DNA of 63,972 nucleotides, the filler included, from Octopus bimaculoides (lineage: Eukaryota), in the NCBI RefSeq assembly GCF_001194135.2. It is 8 parts of 8 records of this genome, joined end to end, with 100 filler letters (N's around TTAATTAATTAA, not from the genome) between each part and the next. Parts side by side here need not be neighbours in the genome. Positions count along the whole stretch, not along the records: positions 49,435 to 58,667 come from NC_068995.1; positions 58,768 to 60,521 come from NC_068982.1; positions 60,622 to 62,750 come from NC_068987.1; positions 62,851 to 63,972 come from NC_068990.1; 4 more parts are not named here. The stretch is one strand, 5' to 3'. The notes beneath the pieces were generated by a model. The model searched no databases. It had not been told where the DNA came from and saw only the letters and a program-made list of their open reading frames with translations. Each line of letters opens with the position of its first letter. The first letter of the stretch is position 1. Made by a program: the position numbers and the translations under genes. Shown in pieces: positions 49,756 through 63,564 of the stretch.

Positions 49756-51456
49756 AATTTAACATTAACAGTGATAAAAGCCCTTAAAACCCGATTTCTT
49801 CTTCCCATATTCCATTCAACACAACTCCTTCATTGTTCCTTGTTCTGTCTGTCTGTCTGTCTGTTTGTCTCTTGCTGCTTCTCTACCATCGCAGTTGATT
49901 CTCAGACTTCGCAATGGTGGTAATATGCCACTCTTTCCTCGTTGCAGTCACCAAAACGGTGATTAAAGAATTAAACTCTGGATAAAACGAGAACCACCAT
50001 CAAAGAAGGACACTCTCTCCTCTCTCCCTCTCCCCTCTCTCTCCCTCCCCTCCCTCTCTCCCCTCTCTCTCTCCCCTCTCTCTNNNNNNNNNNNNNNNNN
50101 NNNNNNNNNNNNNNNNNNNNNNNNNNNNNNNNNNNNNNNNNNNNNNNNNNNNNNNNNNNNNNNNNNNNNNNNNNNNNNNNNNNNNNNNNNNNNNNNNNNN
50201 NNNNNNNNNNNNNNNNNNNNNNNNNNNNNNNNNNNNNNNNNNNNNNNNNNNNNNNNNNNNNNNNNNNNNNNNNNNNNNNNNNNNNNNNNNNNNNNNNNNN
50301 NNNNNNNNNNNNNNNNNNNNNNNNNNNNNNNNNNNNNNNNNNNNNNNNNNNNNNNNNNNNNNNNNNNNNNNNNNNNNNNNNNNNNNNNNNNNNNNNNNNN
50401 NNNNNNNNNNNNNNNNNNNTATATACATACATACAGATATATGTGTGTGGGTAGAGCAATTTTAAAACGAAATACAAAACAAAAGATGCGGTCTTGAGGT
50501 AAAGAGACAATAAACAATGGTAATAGGTATTAAAACCTTCTTGAATATTATTCACATGAGTCCAATTTTGGAAAAATCTTCCAAGCGTGTGGGTTCGTAC
50601 GTATGTGCGGTCGGAAACTAACGTCAAAATTGCTGACGAAAGAGAACAAGCAGATTTGACATTCATAAACAAAGCACTAAAAAAGCATTGACATCTTTAG
50701 AGATATGTTCATAATTCACGAAATATGAATGATGAAATATCACAAATGTGTATTTATAAGGACACTGAGATTTCAACTAAGCTGAAAATTTATTGAAAAC
50801 AGAAACTTTAGATACAAAACATTTCACTAGAAACTAGATGGTATATGATACAAGAAATCCGGAAGACCAACGTTAGTTCATTGGAATATGGAGAACTTTG
50901 TAGTTATTAGAAGCCGCAGTATTGAAAGAATGACAATAAATATCTCGTTTGGAAATCTCTCATGGAGTGTGATCAAATGGTTACCTAGAACTGTCATAAA
51001 AAAATGGCTATCAATTTAGTGATAATATATTGAGATATTTTAAAACTAAATATGTATTCTGGACATAGGGTTGTATATGTATGTATCTGAGTACACTTTT
51101 GTAAATACATATATTCGTGTACATAATGCATTCATATGAGCGCGCGAGTGTGTGTGCTCGTGTATGTATGTATATACATATACATTTTTATATGTATATA
51201 TATTTACACATACAGAAACGCTTATATACATATTTGTATGAAGGTATAAACACACGCAGAGATATTTATATGCATATACCGAGAAATAGACTGACACATA
51301 TACGGATAAAGACAGACATACATACATATCTAAATACATGCCTATGTACAGAGTGACAAACAGATAGAGAGAATGATAGACATACGGACAGACAGATAGA
51401 TACATAGATAGATAGTGAGTCAGACAAACAGAGATAGGCAGATAGATCGATCGATC

Positions 51457-51506
<50 letters not shown>

Positions 51507-51565
51507 ATGATAGAGAGATAGATAGGTAGGTAGGTAGGTAAATATATTGATTGACAGATAAGTAA

Positions 51566-51602
<37 letters not shown>

Positions 51603-52731
51603 CTGAAAGATGGATAGGCAGATAGATAGGTTCATAAAAAGGTAGATGGATAGATAGATAGATAGACAGGTAGATAGATAGATATTTTGATGGATACACA
51701 AGTAGACTGATAGTTAGATAAATAGATATCTATATATACATTTATAAGTATGTTTCTGTATGTATATATACCGGCATGCGTGTGTGTGTGTGTGTGAGTA
51801 TTCATATGTGTGTTATAAAATCTGTGCGCTTTGTCATGAGAGTCACCTACCATTCGTTACAAATACGCTATGTACATATCTTCAACTAACATATTATACA
51901 TGGGTCTATGTATGTATATATGTACATACATATGTATACATATGTGTTTAACTCTTTATAGTTTATTTATTGAATACGATGCAGGATTGTCGACAGAAAG
52001 GTCGGGGTTCGTATCTTTGCTATATTACTGTCTCCCTAAATTCCATGTCCCATAATTCTCTGTCTGCTCTACATTTCTTTGTGTTCTTCTATGATTGTTC
52101 TTTCCTCTGCTGTTTTTGTTTTTTCCTTTTTTTTTTTTTGTTATTATCTTTTTCCAAAATGGCCGTCTCTTTGTTTCTCCCCGCTGACAAATCATAGTTG
52201 CAATGTCCCCGATCAATCATTTTGGTTGTGCTGAACTTTCACCTCGCAACCGATGTCTAAATTCATCGTTCCGTTCATTCTTCAGAGTCCAATTCTAGGG
52301 TCAGAGGTGAGCACGCCCACTAAGAGACGACTACACACACACACACACACACACACACANNNNNNNNNNNNNNNNNNNNNNNNNNNNNNNNNNNNNNNNN
52401 NNNNNNNNNNNNNNNNNNNNNNNNNNNNNNNNNNNNNNNNNNNNNNNNNNNNNNNNNNNNNNNNNNNNNNNNNNNNNNNNNNNNNNNNNNNNNNNNNNNN
52501 NNNNNNNNNNNNNNNNNNNNNNNNNNNNNNNNNNNNNNNNNNNNNNNNNNNNNNNNNNNNNNNNNNNNNNNNNNNNNNNNNNNNNNNNNNNNNNNNNNNN
52601 NNNNNNNNNNNNNNNNNNNNNNNNNNNNNNNNNNNNNNNNNNNNNNNNNNNNNNNNNNNNNNNNNNNNNNNNNNNNNNNNNNNNNNNNNNNNNNNNNNNN
52701 NNNNNNNNNNNNNNNNNNNNNNNNNNNNNNN

Positions 52732-52780
<49 letters not shown>

Positions 52781-53303
52781 ACATCATAAGTACTCATAGG
52801 TTGAAAAGCTTTTACAAATATGTACACAGGAAAGTGTATACGCATATACATATGTACGAACGTGTGATTACGTATGTGGCTTCATGTGGCATATTTTTTC
52901 CTTTTGTTCTTTTGGGAGCATTTTTTTGGGTAGGAGAGGAAAATGTAATCAAAATGCAGAGATAAGTTGCATAACATATAAGACCCTGTATCATTGAGTT
53001 TCATTGATTATGACACTCCGAGTATCGACTGAAGGAGGTATACGTAGCGTCCATATACATACGTACAAACATACACTGATGCAGCGATTCGTATGCGAAT
53101 ACGACTATGTGAACAGCGCGATCGAAGGTAGAAAGTTGGGTAATGAGTGTATATGCACATTTCAACACTTATTACCTTTTCATCAGGATCACAAATTAAC
53201 AAATTACACGAAAATTTATCCATGACAGGGATAAACCGATGTATGCCGGGATGAAATACATCCCTGTGAAAGAGCAACTTCTTTCTATTCGTAACTATAC
53301 AAA

Positions 53304-53345
<42 letters not shown>

Positions 53346-53731
53346 CATATATATATGTATATACATATCGTGGCACTCCGTCGGTAACGACGAAGAGGGT
53401 TCCAGTTGATCCGATCAACAGAACAGACTGCTCATTAAATTAACGTGCAAGTGGCTGAGCACTCCACAGTCACGTGTACTTTTAACGTAGTTCTCAGGGA
53501 GATTCAGTGTGACACAGATTGTGACAAGGCTGACCCTTTGAAATACAAGTACACCAGAACAAGAAGAAAGAGTGCGAGTAAGTTGTGGTGAAAGAGTACA
53601 GCACGATTTGCCACCCCCGACCAATTATATATATCCTTTGGAATAATACCAATGTTGTCTTCGAAACATATGTCGGAAGTAAAAGTATTTGAATAACACC
53701 TGCGTTTAACTTCATTTATATATATATACAT

Positions 53732-53763
<32 letters not shown>

Positions 53764-54229
53764 GTATCTGTGTATACCTATTTTATTTTATACTATACTA
53801 GATTTACAATATAAAACGCCAATACATTCACAGGCACGTACACAGGCGCACAAACACAAACACGCACACACACACACACTCACGCAGACAAACAGAAACA
53901 CACACATACACACACACATACACACACACACACACACACAAACGTATATATTTTTGCTATATACATACCTATGTGTGTGCAGTAACATCGCAGCTCCCTT
54001 ACTTGAGTGTATGTATATGCATATATAGATATGTATATATGCGTGTGTGTGTTTGCATACGCACATATGCATATATATATGTTTATATATATGTGTGTGT
54101 GTTTTATTTGTGCATTTCTATATGTATATGATTGCATGAACAGACACATGTATATAAATACGTTAACACACACACAAGAACATACGCGCATGCGCATTTA
54201 CAGTTATACACGAACATTATGTCCTCCTC

Positions 54230-54261
<32 letters not shown>

Positions 54262-54608
54262 CATTTATATATAAATAAGAGCATCATTATTTTCTGAATC
54301 AAACCTACCTCATTGTGATAATGCAGTAACAGATATATAAAGTAATAAAAATTACAAAGGAAACAGCTGCAAGGGGAGGTAATCCACTCAAAGACAATTG
54401 TATATGATATTTAGTGGAGTTTCACAGACTGCTGCTAGCGGCTCATTATATTTAATTAAATAATTAATATTCTCCTCAACCTAATTTCATTTGCTCGGCA
54501 GGATCTTTTAAAAAGTACATCCCCGCCAATCGTCGCCTAAATAGGAACCCCAAATTTATCACTTGTATTACGTGTGTGTGTGTGTGTGTTTGTGTGTGTG
54601 TATGTATG

Positions 54609-54640
<32 letters not shown>

Positions 54641-54971
54641 ATGTCTGTATGTATGTGTATGTATATATATATATATATATNNNNNNNNNNNNNNNNNNNN
54701 NNNNNNNNNNNNNNNNNNNNNNNNNNNNNNNNNNNNNNNNNNNNNNNNNNNNNNNNNNNNNNNNNNNNNNNNNNNNNNNNNNNNNNNNNNNNNNNNNNNN
54801 NNNNNNNNNNNNNNNNNNNNNNNNNNNNNNNNNNNNNNNNNNNNNNNNNNNNNNNNNNNNNNNNNNNNNNNNNNNNNNNNNNNNNNNNNNNNNNNNNNNN
54901 NNNNNNNNNNNNNNNNNNNNNNNNNNNNNNNNNNNNNNNNNNNNNNNNNNNNNNNNNNNNNNNNNNNNNNN

Positions 54972-55004
<33 letters not shown>

Positions 55005-55519
55005 CACACACACATATAATATATATATATAGAGAGAGAGGGAGAGAGTGATAGAGGGAGAGAGAGGTGAGGAGTGAGAGAGAGAGAGGGAGTGAGATGA
55101 TTTCTGTTGTAATTTTTTTGTTATAATTCTTCGTATTTCTTCTTGTTCTCCGACCTAACATCGTTCTGTTTATTTCCTCGTCTTAAGATTTATTCCTGCC
55201 TCATTACGTTTATTATTATTATTGTTGTTGTTGTTGTTGTTGATGTTGCTGCTGTTGTTGTTGATGTTGCTGCTGTTGTTGTTGTTGTAGCGTTCGTTTT
55301 CTTTTCCATTTATCGTTGTTGCTATTCCGTTTGCTCTTTCTCTCATGGTTGCTGTTGCTGGTGTTCTCGGATCTTGTATTTTCTTCCCTCCTTTTTTTCC
55401 TGGTCTCAATTTGTGCCTCTTTATTCTCTTTGTCACATATTCATATCCTATTTCTGATTGTTTTCTCCCTTCTCTGCATTCCTTTCCTTGTTCTTTTCGC
55501 TGCGGTTGTTGTCATCCTT

Positions 55520-55567
55520 GTACTTGTTGCTGTTGTTGTTCCTGTTGTCGTTGTTGTTGTTGTTGTT

Positions 55568-55615
<48 letters not shown>

Positions 55616-55715
55616 CTTCTTCTTCTTCTTCTTCTTCTTCTTCTTCTTCTTCTTCTTCTTCTTCTTCTTCTTCTTCTTCTTCTTCTTCTTCTACCTCTCG
55701 TCGTCCTCCTTCTAC
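55520..55715. repeat. Compound (GTT)n(CTT)n microsatellite
   Basis: Visible directly. Confidence 0.95.
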
Positions 55716-56959
55716 TTCTACTTCTCTTCCGTGTCCAAAACAATTTCTGATGCAGAAAAAATGCCGTCTAACTTGTAGAGGAGTAGACAAAAGTAAACAT
55801 ACAGTTGTTTAATATGAGTCGAATGTTCTTTTCATTTCTCTTTGGGGGTTTTTTTTTTTTCAGATAAGAATTCTGTGGTCCCGTATTGTTTTTCTTATAT
55901 CTAATTCATTCTATAATAAAATAATTATTCGTAATTTCCTGCAAAAGAAAAGGTGAAAAAAAAACAAAAACACCCCATTCACGTTGATTTCGAATTTGGC
56001 ACAAAACCGAAGGAATCAGTTGATCACGCCTCCCCAGTGTTCATCTGGTACCTATTTTATTACCCCCGAAAAGATGAAAATAAAATCGATGTCTGCTGTA
56101 GTTGAACCCAGAACGTAGAGGTGGATGAAATACCGCTAAGCATTTTACCCGGCGCAGTAACGACTCTGCTTCCTCATCACCTTAAACATTCCACTTATGT
56201 TAAAAAACAGTGCATCTACTTTTGTTCACCCCTGTATATATTGATATATTGATATATTGATATAGCTAGATATCAGTGTATTTGTTGTCTCTGTTATAGA
56301 CAAAATTTTTTACTACCCTTATCTATACTAATATTCATTATGATAGAACTCAGTAACCAAACAAATCGGCCTTGATCAGTAGATACTTGAATAAGTCCTG
56401 CCTCATATGCTGTACTTATTTATCCTTCTGCTCCGAGTTTGCGATTTTCTACTTCTTCTCGCAGCATTCATAATATAAATGCCACTCTGCTGTCCTACTC
56501 AGAAAATATCTAGATTTGCTTTTAACTTTTCCGGCATGATGTTCAGTGGACATAAATTTTCGAGATAACAAACCTGAGGTTAAATTAATTTAAATGCAGC
56601 AATTCACCTCGGAGCCAGTGGCTTGCGATTAGTTTTGAAATTTTTGCGGTGGACACGAGAAAGCAATAAAAATAATACCTTCTATATTGAGTTAAATCCT
56701 TATGCGTCGTTGATTTTCTTTTATATCCATTCAGGGGTCGACACATTGTATACCAGTTGAGTATTTCAAGTCAGTATAATCGTTTTTGAGATACTCCCAG
56801 ATTTGAAGACACGTGTTTAAGACAGAAATCGATATTTACGTACCGAGCTTGAATCCATCAGAAATCAATATTGCCTTTCATCCTAACATTATAGATAATG
56901 TATACATTTATATACACACACGCATAGGATATAATTTCGTATGAAAAATGGATCTAAAT

Positions 56960-56975
56960 TGAAACGTTATATATA

Positions 56976-57037
<62 letters not shown>

Positions 57038-57320
57038 TATTTATATGTATGTATGTATGCATGTATGCATGTATGTATGTATGTATGTATGTATGTATGT
57101 ATATATGTGTGTATGTGTGTATGTATGTATGTATATATGTATGTATATATATGTTTGTATGTATAAATATACGTATATATATTAATATATATATGTATAT
57201 ATACGTGTGTGTACATAAATATATGTATATTTATATATAAAATAATATAAATAATATATATATATATACGTATATGTACATACTTACATCTATGCGTACA
57301 TATATATGCATATGTGGGAA
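56960..57320. repeat. (TA)n/(TATG)n tract, one of dozens of TA, TG and CA arrays
   Basis: Visible directly. Most ordinary N gaps are flanked by such arrays. Confidence 0.95.
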
Positions 57321-57552
57321 CAGGACGTCATGAAACGTGTACAACAAAAGAGTACGAAGCACGAGTACATGGAACATGAACTATTCCTTCGAACAACGAA
57401 AGACACAAATGGAAAATGAAACTAACAACATACAGAACGACCCTTCATCGGTTGTTGGCTATTTTTCTTGTCTCGTATTACAAGCATTTTATATACACTT
57501 TCGTATATAAAAACTCACACACATATACATATGTGTGTGTGTGTGTGTGGGG

Positions 57553-57955
57553 GGGCATGTGGTAAGAAGCTTGCTTCCCAGTCACATGGTTCCGCGTTGC
57601 ATCTTGATCTAGTCTTCTAGTATACCCTATCACCGAACAAAGCCTCGTGAGTGGATTTGGTAGACGGAAACTGAAAGAAGCCTGTCGTAAATGTATATAT
57701 GTATATATTTGGGTGTGTGTGTGTGTGTGTGTCTGTGCGTATGTTTGCCCCCTCTCCATCGTCTGATAACCGATATTATTGTGTTTACGTCCTCGTAACT
57801 TAGCTTTTCAGCAAAACAGACCGATAGAATAAGTACTGCGCTTACAAACAATAAATCCAGGGCTCAATTTTTTCGACTAAAAACAAAAAATTTCTTTGAG
57901 GCGTTGCTCCAGCATGGCCCCAGTCAAATGACTGCAACAAATAAAAAATAAAAGA
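57553..57955 (+). mobile_element. Diverged SINE A
   Basis: Collinear with family A but with many substitutions. Confidence 0.8.
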
Positions 57956-58614
57956 ATATATGATTAGTCGGATCAACAAGTATTCGGACTGTTACTTTTA
58001 CCATGCTCTGAGTTCTTATTTCTTTGTCCTCGGGTTTACCCTTCCGACGGATTTCATTTTAGAGTGTCCTAGCTACAACATCATGTCTCATCTGTAGATA
58101 AAACCGTGATGATATCTTCGGTGTTAACTCCACAAAGTCTGCAAAGGTTGTCACATTTTACTGCTTTCCCTGCATTTATGTATGTATGTATGTATGTATG
58201 TATGTATATGTGAGCATGCGCGTGTGTGAGTGAGTGTTTGTGTACCTTCGTTCCATAGAATCAATATGTCTTTTAGCAGTCATAATTAAGAAGTGTTCAC
58301 AAAAAATCGTTATAAACTTTCGGATACTAATTTACAATGATACATTGCAGCCATGTCAGATTTTCGGCATGTAATTGTAGGCGACGTTTAGGAGACCATA
58401 TAACTTCGTTTATAAATTGGTGTTTATGCGTGTAAGTGCATCTACGTGTGTATGCATGTAATGTATGCATGCATGTATACATAAATATATGCGCGTATAC
58501 TTATGTATATATGTATATACATACGTGGATGTGTGCGTGTATGTATACATACATATATATACATATGTATGTATTTATAAATATATATGAGAACATATAT
58601 GTGTGTATATACAA

Positions 58615-58667
<53 letters not shown>

Positions 58668-58767
58668 NNNNNNNNNNNNNNNNNNNNNNNNNNNNNNNNN
58701 NNNNNNNNNNNTTAATTAATTAANNNNNNNNNNNNNNNNNNNNNNNNNNNNNNNNNNNNNNNNNNNN
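58668..58767. other. Artificial scaffold-join spacer
   Basis: Same 100-bp pattern. Confidence 0.97.
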
Positions 58768-59232
58768 ATATATATATATATAAACCGGACCGCTAGTTTA
58801 ATCTTTTTAACATATTGTCATGATTAAGAGTTACTTAATCTCGCTACAAAATCGTAATATTGAAGTTATTACAATTCCAAATATTTGTGGCTGCCTATTG
58901 GATGACAACTTCATAAGTGTCATAACTTATTAGTTCTCACATATGCCGGGAATGTAGTAGACGCTAACGAGGAAGATCTATGCAATCGCTAGACATGGTA
59001 ACCAAATTACCCTCAAGTCAAATCTGACTAATATGTTAGAAGAAAAATAACATATTGCATAATGAAATCCTGGGTGTGCTTTATCTGGAAACAGACAGGA
59101 TAGTCGTAGCTGGAACGCCTCTGACAATAACTTATCGGCAAGTTGTTACACGATTTTCTGTAAGTTACAGCATTATTAAAGCAACCTATTTGTAGTTAGT
59201 TACATCCGTAGGTCTGTCATAAAATATATAAT

Positions 59233-59452
59233 TGTGAACGGTGCTGAAAAGTACCTGGTTTTGGGTAAAAGAAAATACGGAGGGATGAGTTAATTATGAT
59301 TTTATTCAACATATTCCCCTCCCAGATTCACCTACTTATTGCAGCGGTCCTTCGGTTTTTCTAAACATTGTAAAAGAAATCGGAAGGCCGGACCTCTAAC
59401 CAGGCCTTTCATAATACCCTTAAAGCCAGGAACTTTTCAACAGCCCCTTGTA
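59233..59452 (-). mobile_element. Mariner-derived MITE retaining the transposase C-terminus
   Basis: Imperfect TIRs (ggtgctgaaaagtacctggtttt and aaagccaggaacttttcaacagccc). Minus strand reads roughly AWLEVRPSDFFY..LEKPKDRCNK*VNLGGEYVE*. Confidence 0.8.
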
Positions 59453-60521
59453 AATAAGGACTATCCCGTTATTTGGTTACCAAACAGTTGTTGTGACGGT
59501 TGGTGGTTGTATTGTTTTAACCTCAAGTCATGATCATCCTGGTTCTTATTTTAAGTACATCGTACATTGGATATCACTTTAAGACGGCGGAATGGAAGTT
59601 AAGGGAGATATTGCAGTTATTCCTAGCATGTGGATGGACGACGAAGAAGTTTCCTCGTTGACTTGTTTCCAAAGAATTGCCTTGTCAAATAGAAGTGTCT
59701 GTCGTAAAATTGGGAAGGTAAATAATAAAAAAAAAGGCTGACGAGAAACTACTGAAATTACAATTTTACAGTCATTGTTAGGATGGTCAAAGACTTGAGT
59801 ATGACAAAATAAATAAATAAAAGTATGCCACTAAAACTGCTGTCATATGAATTTGAACCATCAATGTTTTGGATTGAGCATTCATAACTACTATTGCACT
59901 AAAAGTCAAAATTTAAAAATACGCTAATATATGCGATTATAAAATTCAAGAATATATTCTTGTCTCAAGGTTGTATTCACTCATTTTTGTAAATTGCTGT
60001 GTTACTTATAAAGTTTTGCTTGTTGCTACTACTAGGTTCTTTTCCTCATTACTAAGAGTCCTTCCTTTCTCTAAGATACAACAGATTTGGCGACGAGTTT
60101 GAGATTACCCAAAACTACTAAGAATATCTGTCTATTACTATAATGGAGAAAGCTGCTTATTAATTAGGTATGTAACAATTACTAAAAGTTCTAAAAGAAA
60201 GCAATTATTAAAGGGTTGACTGTCTGGAAATATTTTTATAAATTCATGTTCTAAGAAATTTCCTATCATTTCGATTTCTCAACTTTATTGAATTTTTTAA
60301 CTCCAATTTCTCGTAAATTTGAATATTCATTGCATCCACTGCTGAGTATTTCATTTGCAAAGTCTCTCGCTTTCTGTATCAATGTTTTTATTTCAAGTTT
60401 TAATTCAATATTTGGAAAACCGACAGTCTATTCTATTAATGTATACGTAATGTAAAAACATTATTTATTGAATGAATTTTTTTTAATACACCGGTATAAT
60501 TTTTGTAAAACAATAATTCTA

Positions 60522-60621
60522 NNNNNNNNNNNNNNNNNNNNNNNNNNNNNNNNNNNNNNNNNNNNTTAATTAATTAANNNNNNNNNNNNNNNNNNNNNNN
60601 NNNNNNNNNNNNNNNNNNNNN
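60522..60621. other. Artificial scaffold-join spacer
   Basis: Same 100-bp pattern. Confidence 0.97.
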
Positions 60622-60922
60622 GGCTGAGCACTCCACAGACACGTGTACCCTTAACGTAGTTCTCGGGGATATTCAGCGTGACACAGTGTAACAAGGCTGG
60701 CCCCTTTGAATTACAGGCACAACAGAAACAGGAAGGAAGAGTGAGAGAAAGTTGTGGTGAAAGAGTACAGCAGGGTTCACCACCATCCATCCCCTGCCGG
60801 AGCCTCGTGGAGCTTTAAGTGATTTCGCTCAATAAACACTCACAACGCCCGGTCTGGGAATCGAAACTGCGATCCTATGACCGCGAGTCTGCTGCCCTAA
60901 CCACTGGGCCATTGCACCTCCA
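60622..60922 (-). mobile_element. SINE C-related copy with a different tRNA head
   Basis: Shares ggctgagcactccacagacacgtgtacccttaacgtagttctc with 45181-45260. Head is gcccagtggttagggcagcagactcgcggtcataggatcgcagtttcgattccc. Confidence 0.8.
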
Positions 60923-61311
60923 CTCCCCTAGATATAGTGACAGACAAAACACAAGTATAATCAAAATACAAAATACAAAAACAAAGAAACAAAGATACCA
61001 TCTTAAGTTAACAATTCTATCTTCGTGGTCAGATTATTAGGAAGAAAAAGAATAACAACATGAAGATTGAACTGAAGCGTTTAGAGATAATAATGTGATA
61101 AAGTAATAAAGACTAACCAATTCTGAGCTTATCAGACTATTTACTTAAAAGGGATCTAAAATAACTCCTGCTTGTTACAACAAAACATCTGGTTCCGTCC
61201 CACACCAGAATCTTGACAAACCTAATTTATGATTATCTAGCCTTTATATTCTTCTTTGAAGCATTTAGAGAAATAAGTTATTAGGTGAACTCTTCGCTGC
61301 ATACATACATA

Positions 61312-61895
61312 TTCTTTTCTACTCTAGGCACAAGGCCCGAAATTTTGGGAGAGGGGGCAGTCGATTAGATCGACCCAGTACGCAACTGGTACTTGATTTA
61401 TCGACCCCGAAAGGATGAAAGGCAAAGTCGACCTCGGCTGAATTTGAACTTAGAACATAAAGACAGACGAAATACCGCTAAGCATTTCGCCCGGCGTGCT
61501 AACGTTTCTTATTTCTTTATTGCCCACAAAGGGCTAACCATAGAGGGGACAAACAAGGACAGACAAAGGGACGGCGTGCTAACGTTTCTTATTTCTTTAT
61601 TGCCCACAAGGGGCTAAACATAGCGGGGACAAACAAAGACAGACAATGGGACGGCGTGCTAACGTTTCTTATTTCTTTATTGCCCACAAAGGGGCTAAAC
61701 ATAGAAGAGACAAACAAGGACAAAGGGATTAAATCAATTCCATCGACCCTAGTGCGTAACTGGTACTTAATTTATCGACCCCGAAAGGATGAAAGGCAAA
61801 GTCGACCTCGGCGGAATTTGAACTCAGAACGTAACGGTAGACGAAATGCCGCTAATCATTTCGCCCGGCGTGCTAACGTTTCTGCCAGCTCGCCG
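61312..61895 (-). mobile_element. Compound SINE B: two monomers with a triplicated 80-bp junction unit
   Basis: Units start at 61493, 61573 and 61653 (ggcgtgctaacgtttcttatttctttattgcccac...). Confidence 0.92.
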
Positions 61896-62069
61896 CCTTT
61901 GCATGCATACCTATTGTTTCATATACCCACATACAAGGTAGTGTATATAGATTTAGATACATATACATATGAGTGTGTGTGTATGCATATATCTATTTAT
62001 ATATGTTCACATATGAACTTCTTATACTCTTACTATTTTTACTATTTACATTAATATATGTTGATTTTA

Positions 62070-62282
62070 AGGCGGCGAGGTGTCGGAATCGTTAGCACCC
62101 CGGGCAAAATGCTTGGCACCATTTCGTCCGTCTTTACGTTCTGTGTTCAAATAACACCATGGTCGACTTTGCCTATCATCTTTTCGAGGTCGATAAAATA
62201 AGTAAAGTTTGAGCTCTGGAATTGATTTAATCGACTTAGCCCCACCCTTGAAATTGGTAGTCTATGCCAAAATTCGAAATCA
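62070..62282 (+). mobile_element. SINE B
   Basis: ggcggcgaggtgtcggaatcgttagcacc head and B core. Confidence 0.8.
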
Positions 62283-62444
62283 ATATATGTTGAGTTCAGA
62301 GTCTATGAGCTACGAAAAGCCACTACAACGTTGAATGATTAAAATTTGTTTACATAGGTCTAGATAGTTTCATGTAACTATACACATCTATTTATACACA
62401 TCTGCAGGTAGCCTATAACTGGGGAAGAGTTTTGTATGGCATTA

Positions 62445-62750
62445 CTCTTTTACTATTTTCAGTCATTTGACTGCGGCCATGCTGGAGCACCGCCTTTAGT
62501 CGAACAAATCGACCCCAGGACTTATTCTTTGTAAGCCTAGTACTTATTCTATCGGTCACTTTTGCCGAACCGCTAAGTTACGGGGACGTAAACACACCAG
62601 CATCGGTTGTCAAGCGATGCTAGGGGGACAAACACAGACACACAAACACACACATATACATATATATACATATATACGACGGGCTTCTTTCAGTTTCCGT
62701 CCACCAAATTCACTCACAAGGCTTTGGTCGGCCCGAGGCTATAGTAGAAG
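62445..62750 (-). mobile_element. SINE A, cut by a scaffold spacer
   Basis: Reverse complement of family A. Confidence 0.9.
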
Positions 62751-62850
62751 NNNNNNNNNNNNNNNNNNNNNNNNNNNNNNNNNNNNNNNNNNNNTTAATT
62801 AATTAANNNNNNNNNNNNNNNNNNNNNNNNNNNNNNNNNNNNNNNNNNNN
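62751..62850. other. Artificial scaffold-join spacer
   Basis: Same 100-bp pattern. Confidence 0.97.
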
Positions 62851-62899
<49 letters not shown>

Positions 62900-62978
62900 T
62901 ATATGTATGCATATACATATATAGATAAGTAGATACATACAGATGCAAAGAGAAAGAGAGAGAGGAACGAGAGAGGGA

Positions 62979-63010
<32 letters not shown>

Positions 63011-63382
63011 GTCACATTTTTCAGACTGCACTGTGTGAATATATTTGTTACTCTAGTGTTGTTACTATACCGCCAAAATCAGACTCACTCCCATGTGCAT
63101 TGCCCATATTCTATTCTAATTAAAATTGCGACGTTTCTCTTGCCTTTCTTTACTAGAATCGATCATTGTGCTAGTAATAGCGACCCATTCTTTTCGTCAC
63201 CGGTGCAATTCTAATTAATTAGCATGTCTTTGTTCATTATAATATATATGATAATGTTGACCTTACCTCATAGATTGAATGGTTGCCAATGATGAATCAA
63301 AGAATACAATTACATCATAGACCAACTGGTTTAGCTATTTGAGGACAAGGAAGAGACTAATATATTTTGTTTATTTCTTCAG

Positions 63383-63451
63383 GTCAGCAGTTTCTGAGAT
63401 GTCCACAAAAAGTTTTGAGAGGGACAGATGTGAAGATGCTAATTCGTTGAG
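63383..63451 (+). other. Possible isolated 69-bp exon of an unknown gene (SAVSEMSTKSFERDRCEDANSL)
   Basis: Good acceptor ttttgtttatttcttcag, weaker donor gtacta, one open frame, length divisible by 3. No recognisable homology. Confidence 0.2.
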
Positions 63452-63529
63452 GTACTAAATTTATCGATAAAATGGATTAGTCAAGCTTTTTCTATAACAC
63501 CGGTTTAAGATCGGTAAGCATAATCACAG

Positions 63530-63564
<35 letters not shown>

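Noticed and set aside
55316-55812. Cys/Ser-rich or poly-Q/E ORFs resembling keratin-associated or acidic proteins
   Set aside because: They are a pure (GTT)n(CTT)n microsatellite.
61493-61725. Three 80-bp direct repeats as a CRISPR or iteron array
   Set aside because: No spacers; the unit is made entirely of SINE B sequence.
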